NCBI GenBank assembly: GCA_963765205.1
Contig: CAVXVB010000008.1
Coordinates: forward strand, 65,076 to 129,075
DNA length: 64,000 bases
Source: an uncultured Verrucomicrobiae bacterium
Lineage (GTDB): Bacteria > Verrucomicrobiota > Verrucomicrobiia > Opitutales > JABDGR01
Direction of reading: 5' to 3'
In this document: positions 18,030 through 27,221 of the stretch, piece by piece
Layout: the number at the start of each line of letters is the position of its first letter
Numbering within the stretch: position 1 is the first letter of the stretch
The notes under the pieces: model-generated
What the model was told of the DNA's origin: nothing
Database searches by the model: none
What the model saw: the letters and a program-made list of their open reading frames with translations, nothing else
Translations under genes and position numbers: made by a program

Positions 18030-18800
18030 ATGAGCACCCCCTCCCCCACCCGCCCGACCGGCCACCGCGTGCAAATGCTCGCCACCTGCCTGTGCGACGC
18101 GTTTTTCGACGACGCCGCGCGCGCGACCGTCGAGGTGCTCGAACACCTCGGCTGCGCCATTGATTTTCCCGAGACGCAAACCTGCTGCGGGCAGCCGGCG
18201 TTCAACGCGGGCGACTGGCCGGCCTCGCGGCGCGTCGTGCGGCACACCGTAAAAGTTTTTGCCGGCGACGCGCCGGTCGTCGTGCCCAGCGCGTCCTGCG
18301 CGGCCATGCTCATCCACGGCGCGCCCCTCGAATTTGAAAAAGAAGCCGACCACGGCAACGTCGAAAAACTCGGCGGGCGCACCTGGGAACTCGCGGACTT
18401 CATTGTCAACGGCCTCGGCGTGAAAACGTGGCCCGGAAAATACCCGGCGAAAATCGCGTTCCACACCTCCTGCCACTCGCGCGGCACGAAAAGCGGCGAG
18501 GCGACGATCAGTTTGCTGCGCTCCATCGCGGGCGTGGAAGTCGTCGTTTTTGGCGAAGGCGAGCAATGCTGCGGTTTCGGGGGCACGTTCTCGGTCGCCT
18601 TCCCGAATATTTCGACCGGCATGGGCAACCTAAAACTCGAACACGTCCGCGCGGCCAATCCCGACGTGCTCGTCTCCGGCGACTCGAGCTGCCTGATGCA
18701 CCTCGCCGGCCTGGCGGAAAAAGAAGGCCACCCCCTCCGCACCCTCCACTTCGCGCAAATTTTAAGAGACGCGCTGAAGAACGGCGGGGTGCTCGGGTAG
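18030..18800 (+). CDS. lutA: lactate utilization protein A (CCG-domain Fe-S oxidoreductase)
   Basis: Two CCG motifs (TCCGQPAFN, QCCGFGG). LutA/YkgE-like. An alternative start is the Met at 18075. Confidence 0.85.
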   Translation: MSTPSPTRPTGHRVQMLATCLCDAFFDDAARATVEVLEHLGCAIDFPETQTCCGQPAFNAGDWPASRRVVRHTVKVFAGDAPVVVPSASCAAMLIHGAPLEFEKEADHGNVEKLGGRTWELADFIVNGLGVKTWPGKYPAKIAFHTSCHSRGTKSGEATISLLRSIAGVEVVVFGEGEQCCGFGGTFSVAFPNISTGMGNLKLEHVRAANPDVLVSGDSSCLMHLAGLAEKEGHPLRTLHFAQILRDALKNGGVLG

Positions 18801-18810
18801 GTCGTGCTTT

Positions 18811-19026
18811 TTAATCTGCCTTGACTGGCTTTATGAAGCCAAGATGGTCTGGACCATGCCACTTGAGGAAATTTGCAGTCCAACCTTCTTGACTTGTAAC
18901 CCCGCCAGGTGCTTCCCGTCTGGCCCATCCGGCTCGAATGAAGCTTATCTCCTCATCTAAAAGCCTTTGGAATGAGTAAACGGCGTCAAGAGTGTGACAA
19001 ATTTGATGCGTTGTGACATTGATCAT
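18811..19026 (-). CDS. hypothetical small protein (AT-rich, uncertain)
   Basis: 71-aa ORF in an AT-rich patch next to a REP hairpin. No recognisable motif. Confidence 0.3.
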   Translation of the reverse strand: MINVTTHQICHTLDAVYSFQRLLDEEISFIRAGWARREAPGGVTSQEGWTANFLKWHGPDHLGFIKPVKAD

Positions 19027-19244
19027 GCCTATTGAGGTTAGGGGCGCAGTCTTGCTGCGCCCTCAATGGAGCTATGGCCTAAAACGGTTATTCACGCCTT
19101 ATGCGCAGGTTATTCACCGGCTTGTGCGCAGGGTTGGCGCCTGGTTTGTGAAGAAAATTTGTTTCATTTGGGCAAAAAAACGTTGCGGGCGCGCGCGGCG
19201 CGCTCTGTAGTGCGCGGTTTAACGCCCACCATTCACCCGCGCGC

Positions 19245-22200
19245 ATGTTCCTCCGCGAAGTCCAAATCAACGGATTCAAAAGTTTTGCCGACCGCACCCG
19301 CATTGCGATGCAGCCCGGGGTGACGGCCATTGTCGGCCCCAACGGCTGCGGCAAGAGCAACATCGTGGACGCCATCCGCTGGGTGCTCGGCGAGCAGAGC
19401 GCCAAGGCCCTGCGTGGCGGCAAGATGGAGGACGTGATCTTCGCCGGCACCGACACGCGCAAGGCTCTGCCCGTCTGCGAGGTCTCGCTGACGTTCACCG
19501 ATTGCGAAAAGGAGCTCGGCACGGCCTTCCACGAAGTCGAGATCGGCCGCCGCGTCGGGCGCGACGGCGTGGGCGAATACTCCATCAACGGCAAACAATG
19601 CCGCCTCAAGGACATCCACCGGCTGTTCATGGACACCGGCGTGGGGCGCGTCTCCTACTCGTTCATGGTGCAGGGGCAGATTGACCAGATTCTCTCCAGC
19701 AACCCGGCCGAGCGGCGTTCGATTTTCGAGGAGGCCGCCGGCATCACACGCTACAAGAGCCAGCGCCGCGAGGCCTTGGGCAAACTGGCCCTCGTCGAGC
19801 AGAACCTCGCGCGCGCCACCGATGTGATCGAGGAGGTCGCGCGGCAAATCGGCTCGCTCAAGCGCCAGGCGGGCAAGGCGCTGCGCTACCAGCGCCTCAA
19901 GCACCGGCTGACGAAGCTCGACCTCGCCCACAACGCGCATTTCTTTACCCAGCGCCAGGCGGCCATCGCGCGGCTCGAGAGCCTCGCCACCGCCGCCCAG
20001 GCCGCCGCCGCCGACACCGCCTCGACCCTGCGCGAGCGCGAAGAGCGCGTGGCCGAACTCAAGGCCGACCGCGCGGAACTGACGCGCAAATTGCAGGACG
20101 CGCAGCAGGCCGTCTTCGACCTGCGCTCGGAAATGGAAAGCGCCCAGAGCCAGGCGGAATTTTCCTTCGTGCGGAAGGAAGACCTCGGCGGGCGCCTCGG
20201 CGAAATCGAGAGCGAAATTTCCGGCCTGCGCGCCCAACTGGCCGAATTGGACGAGCGCATGTCCGCCGACTCCGCGCACCAGCAGGGCGCGCTCGGCTCG
20301 ATGGGCACCTCCGACTCCACCTTCCGCACGCGCCAGGCCGATCATGAAGCCGCCCAGACCGCGCTCGAGGCCGGCGAACGCGCCTTGCAGGACCGCCGGC
20401 AGCACCTCCTCGTGCTCGAAAGCGGCATCACGCGCCTGCGCACCAACAGCACCCACCTCGAAGTTGACTTAAAGACTTACCAGATCAAGCACGCCGCCCT
20501 GGCCGACGCGGTTTTTCAGCTCACGCAGGAACAGGCCGGGCTGGATCAGCAGCAGGCGCAACTCGCCGCGGCCCGGGCCGCTCGCGCGGGCGAACATGCC
20601 ACGGCGCAACAAGCCGCCACCGAGGCCCAGGCTGCCGAGACCGCGCTCCGCCTGCAATTCCGCGACACGCAGGCGCGCATCCAGGACTTGGACCGCCAAC
20701 TCGCGCGCGGCGCGGCGCAACTGGCAGCGATGGAGGGCTTGCAGGCGCGTTTCGAGGGCTTTTCCGAGGGCGCCAAGGCGATTCTCCAGGGTAAACTCGA
20801 AGACGTTTTGCCCAAAGGCACTTTTTCGATTTTGACGAAATTGGTTGAGATTGACGACGCCGACGCGCCGGCCATCGAGGCGTTGCTCGGACCGGCCGCG
20901 GATGCGCTGGCGCTGGCGGACTTCGCCGCGGCGGGGCCAGTCGCAAGCCGCCTGGCAGCCGGGCAGCTCGGGCGCGCGTGCTTGCAGGTACCCGCACCGT
21001 CGCGCGCCAAAATTTCCGCGCCCGCCGACCTGCCCGCGGGCATCCGCCCGGTGCTGGGCGCGGTGGCACTGCGCGAAGGGAACGCCGCCTGGCAGCCGCG
21101 CCTCGAAAATTTGCTCGGCGACTGTTACCTCGCCGATTCGCTGGAAAACTTCCTCGCCTTCTGGGCCGCGCACCCGGATTTCGAATTCGGGCTGGCCGCC
21201 ACCGCGCGCGGCGAAGTCGTGGACCGCCGCGGGTTGATTTTTGGCGGTGTCTCCGACGGTGGCAAAAAAGAGAATTCATTCCTCCAGCGCGAATCCGACA
21301 TCCGCCGCCTGCGCAAGGAACTCAAAACCAAAAACGAGGCTTTGACGCAGCACACCGAAACCTCGATGCGCCTGCAGGCGGAATTGGACGCAGCCGAGGC
21401 GCTGATCGCCGAAAAACGCGCGCGCGTCGGCGAGCTGGCGCAGGAAGTCGCCACTGTCGAGACGCAGGTGAAAACACTCGCGCAGGCCCTCGCGCAAAAC
21501 GCCGACAACGCCGGCCGCCAGCGCCGCCAGCTTGAGGAACTCGAGCAAACCCGCGCCGAGGCCGAGCAGCGCCACGCCCGCGCCCAGGCCGACCTCGCCG
21601 GGGCCGAGGCGCAAATTTCCGGCGAGCGAGAAGCCATCACCGCCGGCGAGGAAAAGCTCACCGGCCTGCGCGCCGCGCGCGACCGCTGCCAGGAGGCCCT
21701 GGCCGAAGCGCGCCTCGAACTGGCCGAAAAGCGCCAGCGCGTCCAAATCCTCGACCGCAACCTCGGCGAGCTGCAGGCCCAGCGCCGCGACCTCGACACC
21801 CGCCTGCTGCGCCGCGCGCAGGAAATTGACGCCGCGCGCGAGCAAATCGCCGAGCTGGAAAAATCCGCCGCCGACCAAAAAGCCCGCGCTGCGCAACTTC
21901 AGCAGACCCTTGCGACGGCCACCGAATCGCTCGAAACCGACCGCCAGGCCGTGTTGCGCCGCGAGCACGAAATCAACGAGTTGGAAGCCGGCCTGGCCGG
22001 CGAGCGCGACCGCCGCCGCGAGCGCGAGGCCGAACTCCACGCCCACGAGGTCAAGCTCGCCGAGGAGCGTTCGCAGTCTGCCTTCCTCGAGGAAAAAGTC
22101 CGCACCGAGCACCAGCTCGACATCCGGCAAATTGACTGGAAGCGCGAATTGTGGAGCGCGGACGAGCAATTTGCCACCCGCGTCAAGCTCGACGACTTGG

Positions 22201-23042
22201 ACGAAGACGCCGACCTCGCGCCGAAGCCCAAGCGCCCGCGCGGCGAGCCGACCGACGAGGATTTCGCCGCCATGGACCAAACGGACTGGGAACCGCTGGC
22301 GCGCGAGATCAAGGATTTGCGCGAGCGCATCGTTAGCATCGGCGCGGTGAACCTCGTCGCCATCGAGGAATACTCCGCGCTGCGCGAGCGCCACGACTTC
22401 TTGAAAACGCAGAGCGACGACCTCTGGAAATCCAAGGAAGACCTCGTCAAGGCCATTGACGAAATCAACCAGACCTCGCTGCAACTGTTCAAGGACACCT
22501 TCGAGCAAATCCGCAAAAATTTCCGCTTCACCTTCGAGAAACTGTTCGGCGGCGGCGAGGCCGACCTGGAATTGGTCGAGGCGGCGGACGTGCTCGACAG
22601 CGGCGTGGAAATCGTCGCCCGCCCGCCCGGTACAAAGCTGCGCAGCATCTCGCTGCTCTCCGGCGGCCAAAAGACGATGACCGCGCTCGCGCTGCTCTTC
22701 GCCATTTACATGGTCAAGCCCAGCCCCTTCTGCGTGCTCGACGAGTTGGACGCCCCGCTCGACGACGCGAACATCGGGCGCTTCACGGCGATGCTGCGCG
22801 ACTTCACCCGCTATTCGCAGTTCCTCGTCGTCACCCACAACAAGCGCACCATCGCGACGGCGCAGACGATTTACGGCGTGACTATGCAAGAACGCGGCGT
22901 CACGCGCCTCATCTCGATGCGCCTCGACACGGAAACCGGCGAAGCGGTGGCCCACGGCGCCGGCCCCGCCACCCAAACCGCCACCACGCCCCCCACCCCG
23001 GCGGAGGAATCTGCGCCCGTAGTAACTCCGACGCCGGCGTGA
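19245..23042 (+). CDS. smc: chromosome segregation protein SMC
   Basis: Walker A GPNGCGKSN, long coiled coils, signature LSGGQK, Walker B FCVLDELDAPLD. Confidence 0.95.
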   Translation: MFLREVQINGFKSFADRTRIAMQPGVTAIVGPNGCGKSNIVDAIRWVLGEQSAKALRGGKMEDVIFAGTDTRKALPVCEVSLTFTDCEKELGTAFHEVEIGRRVGRDGVGEYSINGKQCRLKDIHRLFMDTGVGRVSYSFMVQGQIDQILSSNPAERRSIFEEAAGITRYKSQRREALGKLALVEQNLARATDVIEEVARQIGSLKRQAGKALRYQRLKHRLTKLDLAHNAHFFTQRQAAIARLESLATAAQAAAADTASTLREREERVAELKADRAELTRKLQDAQQAVFDLRSEMESAQSQAEFSFVRKEDLGGRLGEIESEISGLRAQLAELDERMSADSAHQQGALGSMGTSDSTFRTRQADHEAAQTALEAGERALQDRRQHLLVLESGITRLRTNSTHLEVDLKTYQIKHAALADAVFQLTQEQAGLDQQQAQLAAARAARAGEHATAQQAATEAQAAETALRLQFRDTQARIQDLDRQLARGAAQLAAMEGLQARFEGFSEGAKAILQGKLEDVLPKGTFSILTKLVEIDDADAPAIEALLGPAADALALADFAAAGPVASRLAAGQLGRACLQVPAPSRAKISAPADLPAGIRPVLGAVALREGNAAWQPRLENLLGDCYLADSLENFLAFWAAHPDFEFGLAATARGEVVDRRGLIFGGVSDGGKKENSFLQRESDIRRLRKELKTKNEALTQHTETSMRLQAELDAAEALIAEKRARVGELAQEVATVETQVKTLAQALAQNADNAGRQRRQLEELEQTRAEAEQRHARAQADLAGAEAQISGEREAITAGEEKLTGLRAARDRCQEALAEARLELAEKRQRVQILDRNLGELQAQRRDLDTRLLRRAQEIDAAREQIAELEKSAADQKARAAQLQQTLATATESLETDRQAVLRREHEINELEAGLAGERDRRREREAELHAHEVKLAEERSQSAFLEEKVRTEHQLDIRQIDWKRELWSADEQFATRVKLDDLDEDADLAPKPKRPRGEPTDEDFAAMDQTDWEPLAREIKDLRERIVSIGAVNLVAIEEYSALRERHDFLKTQSDDLWKSKEDLVKAIDEINQTSLQLFKDTFEQIRKNFRFTFEKLFGGGEADLELVEAADVLDSGVEIVARPPGTKLRSISLLSGGQKTMTALALLFAIYMVKPSPFCVLDELDAPLDDANIGRFTAMLRDFTRYSQFLVVTHNKRTIATAQTIYGVTMQERGVTRLISMRLDTETGEAVAHGAGPATQTATTPPTPAEESAPVVTPTPA

Positions 23043-23043
23043 A

Positions 23044-23170
23044 AATTCACCGCCAAGGCGCAAAGGGCGCAAAGAATAAATTCTGTTAATTCTGTTCACC
23101 CAAGCACGAAGTGCCGGGAGTGATTCTGTCAAAATCTTCCTTGACGTTCTTTGCGTCTTTGCGGTGAATT
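23044..23170. repeat. stutter-word inverted repeat (ttcaccgc-caaggcgcaaagggcgcaaag family)
   Basis: Left arm at 23044-23076, right arm at 23147-23170, with outer ends aattcaccgc / gcggtgaatt. Located between the convergent smc and DUF480 genes. Confidence 0.7.
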
Positions 23171-23192
23171 GTCTTGGTCTCTAACACGCCTT

Positions 23193-23855
23193 CTAATCAA
23201 ACTGCTTGCGGAATTCGGCAAACTGCGCCTGGAGATCGTTGAATTGCTGGCGCAGTTTTTCAATTTCAGCTTCGAGTTTGGCCACACGTTCCGGGTCGGT
23301 GGGCACCGGAGGCGCGGCGGGTTCCGTGGGCGTCGGCGCTTCCGCCGCGGTTTCAACGTTAATATCACCGCCGAGCAAATGGGCGTAGCGCGATTCCTTC
23401 GTCCCCGGCGCGCGCGGCAATTTGCGCACGAGCGGTTCGGCGCGCGCGGCAAGGCGTTGCAAGACCTCCTCGACCGCGGCCAGACATTCGAAGTTGTGCA
23501 GGTGGGCCGTGCGCGAACGCAATTCGCCAGGCGTTTGCGGCCCGCGCAGCAGCAGCACGCACAGCACGGCGACTTCCGGGGTTTCCAGTTCAAACGCCTT
23601 GGGAAAAGTGTGGCCATACTTGGGCACGCGCGCGCTCGCGCCGTCGAAGGCAAAGGCGAGCTGGTTTTGCCGCAGCCGGTCAAGCGCGCGCAGCACCGTC
23701 GCCTCGCCGTAACTGACCACGGGGTCGCGGTTGTTCTTCTGGTTGCAGGCGTTGACCAGCGCGTTGAGCGTCAGCGGGTAGTAATCAGGCGTGGCGATCT
23801 GTTTTTCCACCAACGCGCCGAGCACGCGCATTTCTTCGAAGTTGAGCACGATCAT
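23193..23855 (-). CDS. YceH-like DUF480 protein
   Basis: From the Met at 23853-23855: MIVLNFEEMRVLGALVEKQIATPDYYPLTLNAL... The upstream part of the track ORF is not coding-like. Confidence 0.7.
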   Translation of the reverse strand: MIVLNFEEMRVLGALVEKQIATPDYYPLTLNALVNACNQKNNRDPVVSYGEATVLRALDRLRQNQLAFAFDGASARVPKYGHTFPKAFELETPEVAVLCVLLLRGPQTPGELRSRTAHLHNFECLAAVEEVLQRLAARAEPLVRKLPRAPGTKESRYAHLLGGDINVETAAEAPTPTEPAAPPVPTDPERVAKLEAEIEKLRQQFNDLQAQFAEFRKQFD

Positions 23856-24026
23856 GAGGTTGGGTTCCGGCCACCGGCGCGGAACAAAGAGAATAGGCGG
23901 ATGGCCGCGCCTCGACAAGAAGGCATTGCGGCCATAAATGGCGACCACCCTCCTCCGAGGTTTGACAGCCGCGCGCCGTTCGGGCATTAAGGCACGTTTA
24001 CCCATTCCTTCCCCGCTCTTCCCGCG

Positions 24027-25244
24027 ATGGCTCTTATCGTCCAAAAATATGGCGGCACCTCCGTCGGCAACCCTGACCGCATCCGGCACGTGGCCAAACG
24101 CATCAAGGCCCACCACGACCGCGGCGACCACGTCGTCGTCGTCGTCTCGGCGCGCAGCGGCGTGACCAACGAGTTGATTGACCGCGCCAAGGCCCTCAAC
24201 TCCAACCCCGATGAGCGCGAGATGGACACCCTCCTGGCCATCGGCGAGCAGGAGACCATCGCGCTGACGGCCATCGCTTTACACGCCATCGGCGTGCCAG
24301 CCGTGTCGCGCACTGGCCCCCAGGCAGGCATCATCACCGACGACGCCCACACCCGCGCCCGCATCCTCGATGTCACCGGCGGCGACGTCAAGGCGCAGCT
24401 CGCCGCGGGCAAGGTCGTCATCGTCGCAGGGTTCCAAGGGCTGAGCACCGACGGCCAGGTGACCACCCTCGGTCGCGGCGGCTCCGACCTCTCGGCCATC
24501 GCCATGGCCTGGGCGCTCCAGGCCGACATCTGCCAGATTTACACCGACGTGGACGGCGTTTACACCGCCGACCCGCGCGTCGTCCCCGACGCCCGCAAGC
24601 TCGACGTGCTCTCCTACGACGAGATGCTCGAACTGGCCTCCAGCGGCTCGAAGGTCATGCAGGCCCGCAGCGTCGAATTCGCGCAAAAATACAACGTCGT
24701 CTTTGAGGTTCGCTCCAGTTTCAATGACAAACCCGGAACCATTGTGAAAACCGAAGCTCCCAACATGGAACAGATCCTGGTCCGCGGCGTGGCCGTGGAC
24801 AAAAACCAGGTGAAATTCACCCTCAACGACCTGCCCGACCGGCCGGGCGTCGCCGCCACGCTCTTTCAGGCGCTCGGCGCCCACGGCGTCGTCGTGGACA
24901 TGATCATCCAAAACATCGGGCGTGGCGGCCGCGCCAACCTGACCTTCACGGTGGCGAAGGAGGACGTGCCGCGCTCGGAAAAGGTGCTCAATGAAGTGAT
25001 TGCCACCCTCGGCGGGGGCAAACTCGGGCCGATGGCGGATATCGCCAAGGTTTCCGCCGTGGGCATCGGCATGCGGACGCACTCCGGCGTCGCCGCGAAA
25101 TTCTTCGAGGCCCTGGCCAAAGCCGGGGTTAATATCATGATGATCACGACCTCGGAAATAAAAATTTCCGTGGCGATTGACCCCGCCCAGGCCGATACCG
25201 CCGCGAGGGCCGTCCACGCGGCGTTCGAGTTGGGCAAGACCTGA
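24027..25244 (+). CDS. lysC: aspartate kinase
   Basis: MALIVQKYGGTSV... followed by two C-terminal ACT domains. Confidence 0.95.
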   Translation: MALIVQKYGGTSVGNPDRIRHVAKRIKAHHDRGDHVVVVVSARSGVTNELIDRAKALNSNPDEREMDTLLAIGEQETIALTAIALHAIGVPAVSRTGPQAGIITDDAHTRARILDVTGGDVKAQLAAGKVVIVAGFQGLSTDGQVTTLGRGGSDLSAIAMAWALQADICQIYTDVDGVYTADPRVVPDARKLDVLSYDEMLELASSGSKVMQARSVEFAQKYNVVFEVRSSFNDKPGTIVKTEAPNMEQILVRGVAVDKNQVKFTLNDLPDRPGVAATLFQALGAHGVVVDMIIQNIGRGGRANLTFTVAKEDVPRSEKVLNEVIATLGGGKLGPMADIAKVSAVGIGMRTHSGVAAKFFEALAKAGVNIMMITTSEIKISVAIDPAQADTAARAVHAAFELGKT

Positions 25245-25245
25245 A

Positions 25246-25317
25246 GATTCACTGCCCAGACGCCAAGCGCGCCAAGAAATTATTTGTCTTCGCGCCCTTT
25301 GCGCCTTTGCGGTGAAC
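25246..25317. repeat. stutter-word inverted repeat (same ttcaccgc/aaaggcgc family)
   Basis: gattcactgcccagacgccaagcgcgccaagaa / tcttcgcgccctttgcgcctttgcggtgaac, between lysC and thrC. Confidence 0.6.
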
Positions 25318-25325
25318 CCATCACC

Positions 25326-26690
25326 ATGAAATTCATCTCCACCCGCGGGCAGTGCGCGCCGGTCGGCTTCAACGCCGCGGTGGCGGGCGGCCTCGCGCCC
25401 GACGGGGGCTTGTATCTGCCGGAAAAGCTGCCGGACATCCGCCCGCTCCTGCCGCGCTGGTCGAACCTCGCCTATGCGGATTTGGCCTATGAATTTTTAC
25501 ACCTCTTCGCCACCGATGTTTCCTCCGCCGAATTGCGCAACCTCGTGGACCGCTCCTATGTGCGCTTCGCCCATCCCGACGTCGCGCCGCTGGTGGAATT
25601 GCGCGACGGCTTGTGGGTGCTCGAACTGTTCCACGGCCCGACGCTCGCCTTCAAGGACTTTGCGATGCAACTGCTTGGCGGCCTGTATGCGAACCAGATT
25701 CTGCACACCGGCGAATTCATCAACGTGCTCGGCGCCACCTCCGGCGACACCGGCGCGGCGGCCATCCACAGCCTGGTCGGCCTCGAAGGCGTGCGGATTT
25801 TCATCCTCTACCCACGCGGGCGCGTCGCGCCGCTGCAGGAGCGCCAGATGGCCTGCACCGGTGCCAGCAACGTCTTCCCCATCGCCATCGCGGGGAACTT
25901 CGACGACGCGCAGCGCATCGTGAAGGAACTGTTTTCCGACCAAGCCTTTCATGCGAAGATGCGGCTCTCGGCGGTGAATTCCATCAATCTCGCGCGCACG
26001 CTCGGGCAGTGCATTTATTACATCCACGCGTGGCGGCGCCTGCCCCCGGCGGCGCGCGAGGCGAACAACCTCGAGGTCATCGTGCCCACCGGCAATTTCG
26101 GCAACATCTTCGCCGGCTGGCTGACGCGCGAGATGGGCCTGCCCATCGGGCGCCTCTGCGTCGCCACCAACCAAAACGACATCCTTTACCGCTTTTTCAC
26201 CACCGGGCGCTACGAAAGCGGCCCCGTGCTCCCGAGCCTCGCGCCTTCAATGGACATCCAGGCCGCGTCGAATTTCGAGCGCTTCCTTTACTATCTCGAA
26301 AAGCACGACTCCGCCGCCGTGCGCGGCGTGATGGAAAATCTGCGCGGCAGCGGCAAGTGGGCCGCCCCGAATTTCGATCCCGGCGTCTTCCGCGCCACCC
26401 ACGCCAACGACGAGGAAATCCGCGAAATCATTGACGACCTCTACGCCTGCTTCCGCTATGTGGCCGACCCGCACACCGCCTGCGGCTTCGCCGACGTGGA
26501 CCCCGACCGCCCCACCGTCGTCCTCGGCACCGCGCACCCCGCGAAATTCCCCGAGACCATCCGCGACACCCTCGGCTTCGAGCCGACCGCCCCTGCGCTC
26601 GAAATGTTAAAAGACCGCACCGTCATCCGCCACGAATTGCCCGCGGAGACGGACGCCGTGCGCGCCTTCCTCGAAGAGCATGGCATATGA
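25326..26690 (+). CDS. thrC: threonine synthase
   Basis: From MKFISTRGQ... with PLP-lysine context PTLAFKDFAMQ. The first 14 codons of the track ORF read through the repeat. Confidence 0.9.
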   Translation: MKFISTRGQCAPVGFNAAVAGGLAPDGGLYLPEKLPDIRPLLPRWSNLAYADLAYEFLHLFATDVSSAELRNLVDRSYVRFAHPDVAPLVELRDGLWVLELFHGPTLAFKDFAMQLLGGLYANQILHTGEFINVLGATSGDTGAAAIHSLVGLEGVRIFILYPRGRVAPLQERQMACTGASNVFPIAIAGNFDDAQRIVKELFSDQAFHAKMRLSAVNSINLARTLGQCIYYIHAWRRLPPAAREANNLEVIVPTGNFGNIFAGWLTREMGLPIGRLCVATNQNDILYRFFTTGRYESGPVLPSLAPSMDIQAASNFERFLYYLEKHDSAAVRGVMENLRGSGKWAAPNFDPGVFRATHANDEEIREIIDDLYACFRYVADPHTACGFADVDPDRPTVVLGTAHPAKFPETIRDTLGFEPTAPALEMLKDRTVIRHELPAETDAVRAFLEEHGI

Positions 26691-27064
26691 AACCCTTCAC
26701 CCGCAGCCTCGGCGCAATTTTGGCGGCCGCGCTGTTCTTGACGGCCGGCTGCTTCACCTCGCCCTCAACGCCGCCGCTGCCGGAAGATTACACCGACGCC
26801 TATTATCAAGTCCGCCAGTGGGTGCCCACCGGCACTTCGCTCCACGACGCGCAGAAAACCATGGAAGCCCACGGCTTCACCTGCTCCGTGACGCGCGACG
26901 CCCAATGGCAGAACCAAAGCCATGTGGATTACCTCTATTGCGACCAAATCTGGACCGCCCCCAACGCCGGGCTGGTGATGAGGCGCCACTGGCAAGTCGC
27001 CCTGTTCCTGGTGAATGACAAAGTATCCGGCCAGTATCTCGCCACCGGCCTGGTCGGTCACTGA
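26687..27064 (+). CDS. small lipoprotein, hypothetical
   Basis: MKPFTRSLGAILAAALFLTAGC has a lipobox. ATGA overlap with the thrC stop. Confidence 0.6.
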   Translation: MKPFTRSLGAILAAALFLTAGCFTSPSTPPLPEDYTDAYYQVRQWVPTGTSLHDAQKTMEAHGFTCSVTRDAQWQNQSHVDYLYCDQIWTAPNAGLVMRRHWQVALFLVNDKVSGQYLATGLVGH

Positions 27065-27221
27065 GGCAATACTTGTCCATCCAGTCCATAACCAGTTGCG
27101 AAGCGGCAGCATTCATCCCTGCCCGCTGAGCACCACGATCTCGACCAACACAATCAGCAGCAGATTATAAAACGCATGCTGCGCCGCGGCGGCATTGACG
27201 CCCGCTTCTTCGGCGAGGTCG

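Noticed and set aside
23856-24026. Possible lysine riboswitch or leader upstream of lysC.
   Set aside because: The 170-nt leader contains AGAG and GAAGG strings, but I could not recognise the conserved L-box helices. An Rfam scan would be needed to decide.
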